From an uncultured Spirochaetota bacterium (GTDB taxonomy: Bacteria > Spirochaetota > Spirochaetia > SZUA-6 > Fen-1364): 64,000 nt of DNA. The stretch covers positions 832,001-896,000 of the forward strand of contig CAWGAA010000003.1 of the NCBI GenBank assembly GCA_963820525.1. Direction: 5' to 3'. Within the stretch, counting starts at the first letter, position 1, and the number at the start of each line of letters is the position of its first letter. Of this stretch, positions 41,604 through 51,547 are shown in pieces. The position numbers and the translations under genes are program-made. Under the pieces are notes generated by a model. That model had not been told where the DNA came from. It saw nothing but the letters and a program-made list of their open reading frames with translations, and did no database searches.

Positions 41604-43317
41604 GAGTCTGTAGGAAAAGCTAGCAAAAAACAACGCCCTCCTTCGGGCTCATTATTGAACTACAAATGATCAGAAACTAAAAATCACTATTTCTGGCTGT
41701 TAGCTCTCGGACATTCTATGCCCGTCTTCTTTTAGCTCATGCATTTGCGCCTGCCATCGCCTTTGAAATCTTTCCTATATTATGAACCATACAATACAAT
41801 AACCATTGAACATTCACTTTCGCCTTCGTTCTCAGAGTGAATCGATTCATTTTTTTGTGGAATGTGATATTAGCAAACACCGGCTCGATGATCCCCATCC
41901 GTCTTGAGTATAAATCCCTGACATCCGACCGGTCGATCTTCTGGATCATCCGTGCAGAATAATTGGTGGTATCATTCTTGTCATCTATAAAAAGCCTCCG
42001 CTTACCGCTGCTATTCTTTTTCCGATGAAAACATTTATCGGTAAACCGACAACCCTTACAATCGGACGCTTTAGATTGATACCGATGCCCCGAAGATCCG
42101 TGGAGTACTGCGTGTCCTATATGTTTGAGTGTTTTCCCGTTGGGACAGCTATACGTGTTTGTCTTCTCATTATACGTGAAATCTTGAGGTCCAAACTTAT
42201 ACTCGATACCTGAATGTTCTTTCCTGTCCGCGAAGCGCTCGTCTCGTTTTCGAAAGTTGGAGTCCGGGATGATCGCCTCGATTCTCTTCTCTGCCGCCGT
42301 CTTCAGGTTTTCTTCACAGAAGTAATTGGTGTCAGCAAGTATGGTCTTTCCTGAAAGAGGCTCTTCCTGGTTGGTGATGGTTTTCAGATTCTCTTCTGCC
42401 AGCTCAAGAACGGGTTTGAACGTCCCGTGTTCCTACCCTTTCCCATAAGCTTCGGTGGCTATTATGACCTGGTTTTGTTCGTCCGCGAGGGTAATCCCAT
42501 TATACCCCTGGATCATGCCATGGGACATCTTGATCTTTGCGCTGTCGTTGTCCGTGATATTCGATTGTATTTCCTTACCTCTATTCCCCTGTTTCGGACT
42601 CTGTGAACCAAGGAAGCCCTCGATGCGTTTTATCTTTGAATCGATCCTATCAATGGCTTTTTTTCTCTTTAGCGAAACCTCTGATCCTGATACGGTTTCA
42701 GCTCTGTCGGTTACCGTATGCTTTTGAATGAGCATTTTCACCGTTCGTTCAAGTTTTTCTTTTCTCCTGTTGAGATCCCTGAAGGTTCCACTTGATTCTT
42801 TGGACGCGTTGGAAGGCAGCTTGCATCCGTCAATCGCAAACAGTTTCCCGCCGATGAGCTCCATGTCCTGGCACACCATGAGGATTTTTAGAAATATGCC
42901 GCTGATTTCATCCTTCATCGATGAGATGAAATCCGCTATGACCGTGAAGTGTGGAATAGAGTCCGCGGAAAGCGCTTTGGCGATGATATTTGTCTCACAA
43001 AGCTCCATGATCCGCCGTGATGAAAATATGCCTTTGGAATAGGCGAAAAGAATGATTTTCAGTAAAACCCGAGGATCATAGGCAGGTGCACCGGTAAGAT
43101 CGTTTTTATACTTTGAATCGAGTACGGATAAATCGATTTTTTCGTTTATCAGGTAATTGAGAGTGTATTCAAAGGTATCAGGAAGCAGCTGCTCACTGAA
43201 TTGGACGACAACGAACTTTCCCTGATCTTGGTTGCATTCTTTATACCGCGCCATTGTGCTATTGTGCGATGGATATCAATTAGCGTAAAGTATCTGTTTG
43301 GCTTTTCCTACAGAATC
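41604..43317 (-). mobile_element. IS1182-family element 2 (related to element 1)
   Basis: Same 15-bp IRs; AAC duplicated. Confidence 0.88.
41737..43254 (-). pseudogene. IS1182 transposase with in-frame TAG at 42433-42435
   Basis: Homologous to 29008-30522 on both sides of the stop. Confidence 0.85.
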
Positions 43318-43530
43318 AACAGCGTATTTGCGCTTCGCGCGCCAGTAAGCGCGCTCGGGGCTTCGCCCACATGCCTCGCTTCGCTCGGCACGTCGTATAC
43401 GCGCGTGACGTTAGCTGCAAGTTTTTCGGGCGGAAGTATAGATATGATTTTGCGCTATCCATGGCGCAAAAAACAATCTGAAGAATATAGATATTTTGAA
43501 TAGTAGAATTGAAAATAGTATATTAATTAT

Positions 43531-44190
43531 ATGAAGTTTCGAAAAACTTCATTAGGAGGTTTCATTTTGAAAAATGAAAAATCTACTGAACAAACACCAT
43601 CAACTAGAATGAATCCTAAGGTTGATGTATTTCTAAGTAAAGCCAAAAAGTGGCAGGAAGAAGTGGAGAAATTGAGAATGATCATTCTTGACTGTCAGCT
43701 GACCGAAGAATTGAAGTGGGGTTGGCCATGTTACACGTTTCAGAAAAGTAATATAGTTTTAATAAATGGATTCAAAGAATACTGTGCGCTTTTGTTTTTC
43801 AAAGGTGCCTTGTTAAATGATGCCAATGGTATTCTAATCAAAATTGGGGAGAATACGCAGGCGGGGCGCCAGATTCGGTTCACCAATGTTCGAGAAATAG
43901 TTGAGATGGAACCCATTTTGAAAGCCTATATTTATGAAGCCATTGAAGTGGAAAAAGCCGGTTTAAAAGTGAATTTTAAAAAGAATACAGAACTCATATT
44001 TCCTGAAGAATTTCAAAATAAATTAGATGAAAACCCTGTCTTGAAAACTGCTTTTGATGCATTGACGCCGGGACGGCAAAGAGCATACAATCTTTATTTT
44101 TCTGCACCCAAACAATCCAAAACTCGGGAGTCAAGGGTTGAAAAATGTATGGAGCAAATTCTCAATGGAAAGGGATTAAATGATCAGTAA
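43531..44190 (+). CDS. YdeI/OmpD-associated (DUF1801) family protein
   Basis: EELKWG.PCY...FKEYCALLFFKG...LTPGRQRAY; true start may be MNPKVD. Confidence 0.88.
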   Translation: MKFRKTSLGGFILKNEKSTEQTPSTRMNPKVDVFLSKAKKWQEEVEKLRMIILDCQLTEELKWGWPCYTFQKSNIVLINGFKEYCALLFFKGALLNDANGILIKIGENTQAGRQIRFTNVREIVEMEPILKAYIYEAIEVEKAGLKVNFKKNTELIFPEEFQNKLDENPVLKTAFDALTPGRQRAYNLYFSAPKQSKTRESRVEKCMEQILNGKGLNDQ

Positions 44191-44209
44191 TTCGATGAGA
44201 AAAACCAGC

Positions 44210-44368
44210 AGCTAACAGCGGCTATACGCTGCGGTGCGTCCTCGCGCGGCTCCGGGCGCTCCTCGGCCCTAGCGGCGGGCACATTTGCCTATGGCAAGCC
44301 TTTTGCGAAGCAAAAGTCTCGCCATTCGCTACGCGACCGGCAAACGTCGTATAGCCGCACCGTTAGCT
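44210..44368 (+). repeat. attC site (A-type)
   Basis: AGCTAAC-a-gcggctatacg...cgtatagccgc-acc-GTTAGCT. Confidence 0.9.
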
Positions 44369-44394
44369 GAAATGGACAAGGGAGAATAGATGAA

Positions 44395-44916
44395 ATGAAG
44401 ATTGATGTCGAATATCTAAAATTTATGTGGCCGATGAGACATTTCTTAGTAACATGTGGGGAAATAGAAGTAAAATCAAATATCATAGCAGTCAGCTTTT
44501 GTATGCCTGTATCAAAAGAACCCCCACTTATAGCTTGTGCCATCGGGAAGAAATCTTTTTCATATGAGTTAATCAAAAGCAATAACGAATTTATTGTAAA
44601 TATCCCTCCTGCTCAGCTAGAACCGAGAATATATTATTGTGGTTTCCACTCAGGATATCAAGTTGATAAATTTAAAGAAACGGGATTAACTCCACAACCA
44701 GCACGAAAAGTGAGAGCTCCTATTATTGCTGAGTGTCTAGCTCATATTGAGTGCAAGGTTAAACAAGAAATCGAAACAGGAGATAAAAACCTGTTTATAG
44801 GTGAAGTAATAGAGGCGTATGCAAATGAAGATATTGTAAAAGGTGCGGGGAAAGTTGAGTATGCGGAAGGCGATTTTCCACGCAAAGTATATGCCACAAG
44901 ATTTAAAAGCTCGTAG
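44395..44916 (+). CDS. Flavin reductase family protein
   Basis: PVS.EPPLI...EFIVNIP...SG..VDKF...P.I.EC...IEC. Confidence 0.9.
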   Translation: MKIDVEYLKFMWPMRHFLVTCGEIEVKSNIIAVSFCMPVSKEPPLIACAIGKKSFSYELIKSNNEFIVNIPPAQLEPRIYYCGFHSGYQVDKFKETGLTPQPARKVRAPIIAECLAHIECKVKQEIETGDKNLFIGEVIEAYANEDIVKGAGKVEYAEGDFPRKVYATRFKSS

Positions 44917-44931
44917 TCCACTTCAGCTAAC

Positions 44932-46663
44932 CAATCTGTTGAATAATTGCGTTTAAAGAAAAGTGATCTACCGATTTTATTTCCAATCAATCAGAATAGT
45001 TGTTTTTATTTAATCATCAGTTCTGAAGAGCGGCTCCTCTATCATCCCACCTGCCAGGCTTCAATCTTTTTTATCTCGCCTTTGCCGTATTGTTTTATTT
45101 TTTGGATATTGTGAACCAGCATATACAAAAGCCATTGTATTTTGACCTTGGCCCGTCCCCGTAACGTAAATCGATTCAGTTTCTTATGGTACGTGATATG
45201 TGCGAATACCGGTTCCACAATCCCCATTCGGCGAGCGTACATGTCACGTCCTTCCTCCGTATCGATCTTTTCCCTCATCTTTACAGACCAGGTCTTTTTT
45301 TTGGGCTTGGTCGTGACAAAAAGTGTCCGTGATTTCGCCTGCCGGTTGAGACAGCGGTAATGATTGACGCACATGCGGCAATCCAGTATTGATGCTTGAT
45401 ACCGGTCCCCACAGTACCCGTGAAAGAGGATTCCTTTGCGCTTCAAGGTCAGCCGCTTGCCCATCGGACAATAGTAGCAACCGTCCTTTTCGTCATACTG
45501 GAAATCCTCCTGCCGGTACTTCACCCGTTTCTTCTGCTCTTCCTTATTTTCAGGATACCGTGGATCCCGCACCCTGAAGCCATGATCGGGGATATACCCG
45601 TCAATCCCATTCCGGAGCAGAAACCGACAATTATCCTCGGAGAAATAGTTCGTATCGGCCAGGAGGGTGGCTGATTTCAATCCCAGGCCGAAACATTTCA
45701 TCCTCCTTAAGTTTTCCTTCGCCCCTTCCACCATGTCGCCCAAATATTCATGCTCGCAGACGTTGCCGAAGGCGTCCGCGCTCACCACGATCTGGTGTTT
45801 CCCGTCCGTGAGGGCCAGTCCGTTATAGCCCTGAATCACGCCGCGGCTCGACGCCATCTTGGCGCTCTCGTTATCCGTGATATTGCTCTTATTCTCCCGG
45901 ATTCGTCGCCCGGGTTTCGGATCGTTTTTCTCAAGAAACTCGCGAATTCGTTCGATTTTCCTATCCAGACGCTCCTTTTGTACGCGTAGCTTTTCCCTTT
46001 GTTCTTTGTCCTCTCGGTCGGTCCGTTTGTGTTTCGCTATCAGGTAACTGACCGTTTTCTCTAGTTTCTCCTTTTTTCCCTCAAGCTCCTTCAGGGTACC
46101 GCTCGATTCTTTGGAGGCGTTGGAGCTGAGTTTACAGCCATCGAGAGCGAAGATTTCCCCGCCGATCAGATCGAGCTGGGCGCAGATCAATAACACCTGA
46201 CGGAATATTTCCGTAATGTCGGTTTCCATAGATTTAATGAAGTTTGCGATCGTAGTATGGTCCGGAGCATTGTAGCCCGTCATCGCGATGAACACGACGT
46301 TTTCCCGACACAGGGTTTCCATCCCGCGCGACGATATGACCGATTTCGCCTAGCAATTGATGATGATTTTCAGCAACAGGCGTGGATCGTATGCGCGCAC
46401 TCCTCGCGTTTCGTTATGATATCTTGATTCAAAAAGCGACAGGTCCAATCGATCGAGCACCTGACAGCTTGCGTATTCGAATGTTCCTGGAATAAGCTGA
46501 TCCTTGAGACTCACTGGGATGAGCATATTCTGCTCGTTGTGATGATCTTTGAAGCGCGCCATTTCCCCTCCCGAGCCATAACGTGACTGTGCCATTAACG
46601 ATTCGTTGCTGTCAATGATTTTATGGCATAGAATCATTCCCGGAGGATAAATTCAACAGATAC
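44932..46663 (-). mobile_element. IS1182-family element 3 (divergent)
   Basis: IR core atctgttgaat/attcaacagat; AAC duplicated. Confidence 0.82.
45042..46562 (-). pseudogene. IS1182 transposase with in-frame TAG at 46350-46352
   Basis: AYDPRLLLK...*...ALDGCK...LADTNY...VEPVFAHI in one frame. Confidence 0.85.
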
Positions 46664-46773
46664 AACAAAGCGTAGACGCTTCGCGCCCTTCGGGCGCTCG
46701 GCCTTCGGCACATTTTTTGCCTGCGCTTCGCTCCGGCAAAAAACGTCGTCTACGCTTGGAACTTTATAGGCCA

Positions 46774-46813
46774 TTGCCCTAGCCGCTATATTCAGCATAA
46801 TACAATGTTAGGC
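46774..46813 (+). promoter_or_regulatory. Cassette-internal promoter + attI-like site
   Basis: TTGCCC-N16-CATAAT; GCATAAT-ACAAT-GTTAGGC. Confidence 0.6.
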
Positions 46814-46826
46814 TCGTTTATGAGAA

Positions 46827-48014
46827 TTGCTGTTGCCAACGCGGGGTTTTCCTGTGAATGATCTTCCCGTAATCTGCTGGATCGAATCCGGCGAGCCTTG
46901 GTCTGCCCTCTGGCGATCCGAAAGCGGCGTACTTCCACCTAGACGTGTAGTGATTGCGGATGACAGCCTCAGCGCAGATACAGCCTATCGTCTTGCCTGC
47001 AAAGGCACAGCGATGCTGTGGCGCGGCGATTTTAACAACGCGCGCCAACTGCTGCAGGCGCTTTCGCGCCGTCTAGAACGCAAGCTGCGCCGCGCGGAGC
47101 GCAATGCCCCCAAGCCGATGCCGTCGCTTACCGAAGCGTTTCATCAGCTTCGGCAAAGTCAGGCGCAGCGCGCGCGTATATTGGGCATGCTGCTGGTTAC
47201 GCTTGAGAGCGATTACCGCGTGCCCTTGCCGCGTGCGCCCAATGTGCAGCAAGCCTGTATTGAGGCATATGGTCCCGGCGAGCAGGCTTCCGTCGTTTCG
47301 CTGCGTGAACTGCTCGGCTTGATTGGCGCTCATGAATGGCGCAGAAAAGGGGTGCCGATCCCGGCACTGGATGATTGCATCTACCCGCACTATGGTGTTT
47401 TTTCTCCAATTCGCGGCGAGTATGTGGAGCTGGTGGCCGAAGCGCCGCTGCCCTCACTTGAACTAGCCTTCGATATCGGTTCAGGTACCGGAGTACTGGC
47501 AGCCGTGTTGGCGCGTCGTGGCGTGGTACGCGTGGTGGCTACTGATCATGATGCGCGCGCGCTGGCATGCGCCCGTGAGAACATTGCACGGCTTGGGTTG
47601 AGCGGGCAAGTGGAAGTCGTATACGCCGACCTGTTTCCAGATGGCCGAGCGCCGCTGATTGTCTGCAATCCGCCCTGGATACCGGCACGGCCAAGTTCTC
47701 CACTGGAACACGCGGTGTATGACCCGGAGAGCCGCATGCTGATAGGGTTCCTCACCGGGCTGGCTGCGCACCTGGAACCGGGTGGGGAGGGCTGGCTGAT
47801 CCTTTCTGATTTCGCCGAGCGTCTGGGACTGCGCACGCGAGATCAGTTGCTCGCTGCCATCGACATGGCAGGGTTGAAAGTAGCGGGCAGGTTGGATGTG
47901 CGTCCGCACCACCCCAAGGCGCTAGACATTACCGATCCGCTCCACGCAGCCCGTGCGGCGGAAATCACCTCGCTCTGGCGGCTGGCGGCGCGACGCGTTC
48001 AGAACTCCCTTTAG
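46827..48014 (+). CDS. Class I SAM-dependent methyltransferase (MTS-like)
   Basis: FDIGSGTG; VCNPPW. Confidence 0.88.
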   Translation: MLLPTRGFPVNDLPVICWIESGEPWSALWRSESGVLPPRRVVIADDSLSADTAYRLACKGTAMLWRGDFNNARQLLQALSRRLERKLRRAERNAPKPMPSLTEAFHQLRQSQAQRARILGMLLVTLESDYRVPLPRAPNVQQACIEAYGPGEQASVVSLRELLGLIGAHEWRRKGVPIPALDDCIYPHYGVFSPIRGEYVELVAEAPLPSLELAFDIGSGTGVLAAVLARRGVVRVVATDHDARALACARENIARLGLSGQVEVVYADLFPDGRAPLIVCNPPWIPARPSSPLEHAVYDPESRMLIGFLTGLAAHLEPGGEGWLILSDFAERLGLRTRDQLLAAIDMAGLKVAGRLDVRPHHPKALDITDPLHAARAAEITSLWRLAARRVQNSL

Positions 48015-48122
48015 GATTTGTCCCCTTTTTCCGTCAGTATTGGCTGCGGGACCCAAGGATGGCGAATCTTGCATGTTGACCCACCGAGCATCCCCCGCGC
48101 ATAATCGTGCGGAGGTGGCCTT

Positions 48123-49478
48123 ATGGAACGCAGTGAACTGAGCTTGAAAACGAAACTCGGCTTCGGCGTATGCGATCTGGGCGGGAACCTCTTCGTGACC
48201 ATCATGGGGTTCTACATCATGAGTTTCGCTACAGACGTCGCTCTGCTGGGCGCGGCGCTGGCGGGCACGGCTCTGTGGATTGGAAAGATCTGGGACGCCA
48301 GCATCGACCCCGCAATCGGCTTTCTCTCGGATCGGACGCGAAGCCGCCTGGGGAGGCGAAAGCCGTGGATGCTCGGCGGCGCGATCGCCCTATTGTTTTT
48401 CATGACGCTCATGTACACCAATCCGCATATTGGAAGCCAGTTCTGGCTGTTCGTGTGGCTGATCGCAATCTACTGCCTGCTCGTCGCCGCCTTCTCTGTA
48501 ATCAATATCCCTTACGGCGCGCTCACCCCGGAGCTCACCCGCGACTATGACGGGCGGACGGTGCTCAACGCCTTCCGGATGAGCTTCGCCATCGTCGGCA
48601 CCTTCATCGGTTTCGGGCTCGTGCTTCCCATAGTGCGCGCGTTCGCAAGCGTTGACACGGGCTGGACGGTTATGGGCGCCATCATGGGCGCGGTTATCAC
48701 CGCTACCGCCTTGATCACGATCATTACGGTGAAAGAACCGGTCCAAGCGGAAAAGGAGGCGGGCGCGCAGCAGGGATTCCTCAAAACATATGCGGCTACG
48801 TTGAAGAACAGACCCTTCGTGCTCGCGCTTCTCTGCTACGCCCTTCACATCACCGGCATCAGCGTCGTGCAGGGAGCGCTGATATACTATTTCAAGTACA
48901 TCTACGGCGGAAGCGGCTCCTTCGAGGTCGCCGCGGTCTGCCTCCTGGTGCCGAGCCTGCTATTCATCCCTGTATGGACGGTCCTCTCCAAACGGATCGG
49001 CAAGAAGCTGTGCTACAACCTCGGCATGGGCATGGTGGCCGCCGCCGTGCTCGTTATATTCCTCTTTGCCGCGGACCTAGGCCCGGTTTTCATGTACGCC
49101 GTGATGGCGGTTGCCGGCATCGGCATGTCCACCAACTACGTGATGCCCTACGCTCTCATTCCGGACGTGGTGGAGCTGGACTACGCGGAGAACGGAGTCC
49201 GGCGCGAGGGCGCGTTCTACGGCCTCTGGAACTTCGCGTTCCAGATCGGCCAGGGCTTTGCCCTGTTCTTGAACGGCTGGATACTCGCGGCCTTCGGCTA
49301 CGCTGCAAACACGGCGCAGACCGATGTCTCCAAGCTCGGGATCCGGCTCCTTGTGGGGCCCGCGGCCGCCGTCTTCTTCATCGCCGGGGTGGTGGTGCTT
49401 TCCTTCTATCCAATCAGCCGGAAATACTACGACACGGTGATCATGCCGAAGGTCGCGGAGCGGGATCGGTCGGTGTAA
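48123..49478 (+). CDS. MFS glycoside-pentoside-hexuronide transporter
   Basis: WDA.IDP.IG.LSDRTRSR.GRRKPW; RREGAFYG. Confidence 0.92.
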   Translation: MERSELSLKTKLGFGVCDLGGNLFVTIMGFYIMSFATDVALLGAALAGTALWIGKIWDASIDPAIGFLSDRTRSRLGRRKPWMLGGAIALLFFMTLMYTNPHIGSQFWLFVWLIAIYCLLVAAFSVINIPYGALTPELTRDYDGRTVLNAFRMSFAIVGTFIGFGLVLPIVRAFASVDTGWTVMGAIMGAVITATALITIITVKEPVQAEKEAGAQQGFLKTYAATLKNRPFVLALLCYALHITGISVVQGALIYYFKYIYGGSGSFEVAAVCLLVPSLLFIPVWTVLSKRIGKKLCYNLGMGMVAAAVLVIFLFAADLGPVFMYAVMAVAGIGMSTNYVMPYALIPDVVELDYAENGVRREGAFYGLWNFAFQIGQGFALFLNGWILAAFGYAANTAQTDVSKLGIRLLVGPAAAVFFIAGVVVLSFYPISRKYYDTVIMPKVAERDRSV

Positions 49479-50839
49479 TGTCGCGTCCAATCCGGTCCGC
49501 CCGTTCCGTACGCGTGCTCCCCCCTCCAAAGGTCCGGCCCGGGGCCATGAGATTTCTGCGCGCGATAGGTCCGCTCTTTTTCAGGGTCCTGCTCGGATTC
49601 GATTCGCTGGAGATTCTCCATCCCGAGCGTCTTGTGCGGGCTTTCTGTGATTTCTTCGATCTGAAGTCCAGGCTCATCGTCACTTTCCGCCACCCCTACG
49701 GGGACGAACCCCAGCTCATGGCCTATGTCATCGGAAAGCGATTGGAAAAAGAAGCGGCGAAGCTGGGCGCCCGATTCCCGAAGAAGCCCCATGCCCACTT
49801 CGTCTACGGTTACGAGGCTCCCCTCTGGGCCGGCGCCTTCGAGCGCTGGGTCCTGCCGCGCGTCGGAGCGGTTCCCGTATACCATACCAAGTTCGACACG
49901 TCCAGCGTGAAGAGAATCCGGCTCCTCATGAAGGATGGCGCATATCCCCTCGCCCTCGCGCCCGAAGGGCAGACTTCCTACACGAGCGAGGGGCTGCCCC
50001 GTCTTGAACAGGGAGCGGTCAGGATCGGCTTATGGTGCGCCGAGGACCTGGCAAAGGAGAAGAGGACCGAGTCTGTGGTCATCGTTCCCGTCTCCATCCA
50101 CCATCGGTGGCCGGAGGCCGCGGAAAAAAAACTCGATCGGCTTATCGGCCTCACCGAACGCCGATGCGGGATCTGCCGCCGGACGGGGTCGGGACGGTTC
50201 GATAGGCTTTCTGCGATCGGGGATCAGGTTCTCCTACTCATGGAACAATACTACGCGCGACACCATGGATCATCGTCTCCGGGAGACGGCGCGTCCCGCT
50301 CCGACCGGCTCGCCGCGGTCATTGAGGCGGCGCTGCGGACGGCCGAGCGGATTCTTTGCATCAAGCCGGACGGAGATGTTATCCGGCGCGTCTACAAGAT
50401 ACGGCAGGCGGGCTGGGACAGGGTTTTCAGGGCCGACATCCAGGATATGGACGCCATTTCACCCCTCGAACGCGGGATGGCGGACCGCTTGGCGAGCGAG
50501 GCGTGGCTGGCCTCCCGGCACATGGAGCTCGTGGACCTCGCGTATTACCTGGATTTCGACCGATTGAAGAGAGATGACCCTCTGGAGCTCTATATCGAAA
50601 CCGCGCAGAACTACTACGATCTGGTCTGCCGGCTTACAGGCGGCAACATCTCGGATCGGATCAAAATCGGCGGGAAAAAAGCGGTCGTGATAGTCGGAGA
50701 GCCCATCGTCGTCAGCCGCGGTTTGGATCCGCAGAAGACGTCGAGTAAAGGGACCGCCGACTCCCTGACCGACGAGTTGAAGCGGGCGTATCTCTCCTGC
50801 ATCGAAGAGATACGGAAAAGCCGTGACGCCAGCACCTAG
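49478..50839 (+). CDS. PlsC-like acyltransferase
   Basis: FRHPYGDEP (HxxxD), LALAPEG; ATG overlaps the upstream stop. Confidence 0.75.
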   Translation: MSRPIRSARSVRVLPPPKVRPGAMRFLRAIGPLFFRVLLGFDSLEILHPERLVRAFCDFFDLKSRLIVTFRHPYGDEPQLMAYVIGKRLEKEAAKLGARFPKKPHAHFVYGYEAPLWAGAFERWVLPRVGAVPVYHTKFDTSSVKRIRLLMKDGAYPLALAPEGQTSYTSEGLPRLEQGAVRIGLWCAEDLAKEKRTESVVIVPVSIHHRWPEAAEKKLDRLIGLTERRCGICRRTGSGRFDRLSAIGDQVLLLMEQYYARHHGSSSPGDGASRSDRLAAVIEAALRTAERILCIKPDGDVIRRVYKIRQAGWDRVFRADIQDMDAISPLERGMADRLASEAWLASRHMELVDLAYYLDFDRLKRDDPLELYIETAQNYYDLVCRLTGGNISDRIKIGGKKAVVIVGEPIVVSRGLDPQKTSSKGTADSLTDELKRAYLSCIEEIRKSRDAST

Positions 50840-50878
50840 AACGTCGCATAATCGACGTTGGCGGTATGGAGAATAAAA

Positions 50879-51343
50879 ATGCGGGATAAAAGATTCATAG
50901 CGGTTCATCGCGGCGGTCCTCTTACAAAAGAACAGCATTGCCAATTAATGAAATGGGCTTGTGACTGTGCAGAACACGTACTCAGTCTTTTCGGTGACCC
51001 CATAGATCGACGTCTCATTAATGCAGTAGAAACAGCCAAAGAATGGGAAAAGAGAAACGCATCGGTAGGTGATGCAAGAAATGCCTCATTAGAAGCAATA
51101 GCAGTAGCAAGAGAATCTTCAAATCCTGTATCAGTTTTGGTTGCTCGTTGTGTTGGGCACGCTGCTGCAACTGCTCATATGGCGGATCATTCATTGGGAG
51201 CAGCAGATTACGCTTTGAAAGCCGCTAAATTATCAGATAAATCTATTGAGATTGAAAGAAAATGGCAAGATAAACATTTGCCAATTGAGATTAAAGAACT
51301 TGTATTATCAGCAAGAGACAAGAGACACTTAAAAATAAAGTAG
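50879..51343 (+). CDS. Putative immunity-protein (Imm5-like) family protein
   Basis: WACDCAEHVL...AR..GHAAATAHMADH; AT-rich relative to neighbours. Confidence 0.7.
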   Translation: MRDKRFIAVHRGGPLTKEQHCQLMKWACDCAEHVLSLFGDPIDRRLINAVETAKEWEKRNASVGDARNASLEAIAVARESSNPVSVLVARCVGHAAATAHMADHSLGAADYALKAAKLSDKSIEIERKWQDKHLPIEIKELVLSARDKRHLKIK

Positions 51344-51465
51344 CAAAAATTGCAATACGCCTAAATTAGCCGCTAGCCGCCATGGCTCGCTGCGGTCGCC
51401 ACGGTGGCAAGCTCCATTATGCGCATGAGTACAGTGCTTTGTAAAAAGCAATGCGCCAAAACTAC

Positions 51466-51547
51466 GTACAACAGCGGTTTGGCGCTCCGCTTCGCTTTCT
51501 TTTTCACCTGACTTTCGCCAGACGCCGACTTATGAAATCCGTTAGTT
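51466..51547 (+). repeat. Degenerate orphan attC
   Basis: GTACAAC-a-gcggtttggcg...cgccagacgcc...GTTAGTT. Confidence 0.5.

Larger units (their letters stand above)
41597..43416 (+). repeat. A-type attC split by IS1182
   Basis: ACATAAC | IS | AAC-agcgtat...atacgc...GTTAGCT. Confidence 0.85.
44925..46769 (+). repeat. A-type attC split by IS1182 (R' reads TTT)
   Basis: AGCTAAC | IS | AAC-aaagcgtagacg...cgtctacgctt...TTTATAG. Confidence 0.8.
1..48014 (+). mobile_element. Integron gene-cassette array (no integrase in window; CALIN or distal part of a sedentary integron)
   Basis: Repeated RYYYAAC...GTTRRRY-bounded imperfect hairpins separate mostly single + strand ORFs. Each cassette start is complementary to its own end. 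Confidence 0.92.

Noticed and set aside
42433..46352. TAG readthrough or recoding, since two IS1182 genes each have one in-frame TAG
   Set aside because: Many intact genes here end in TAG, and the two stops appear to replace different residues (Gln; probably Tyr). Simple nonsense mutations suffice.
3419..46769. Repeats as a CRISPR array
   Set aside because: Repeats are 70-196 bp, variable and separated by gene-sized units; no cas genes are present; R-box structure fits attC
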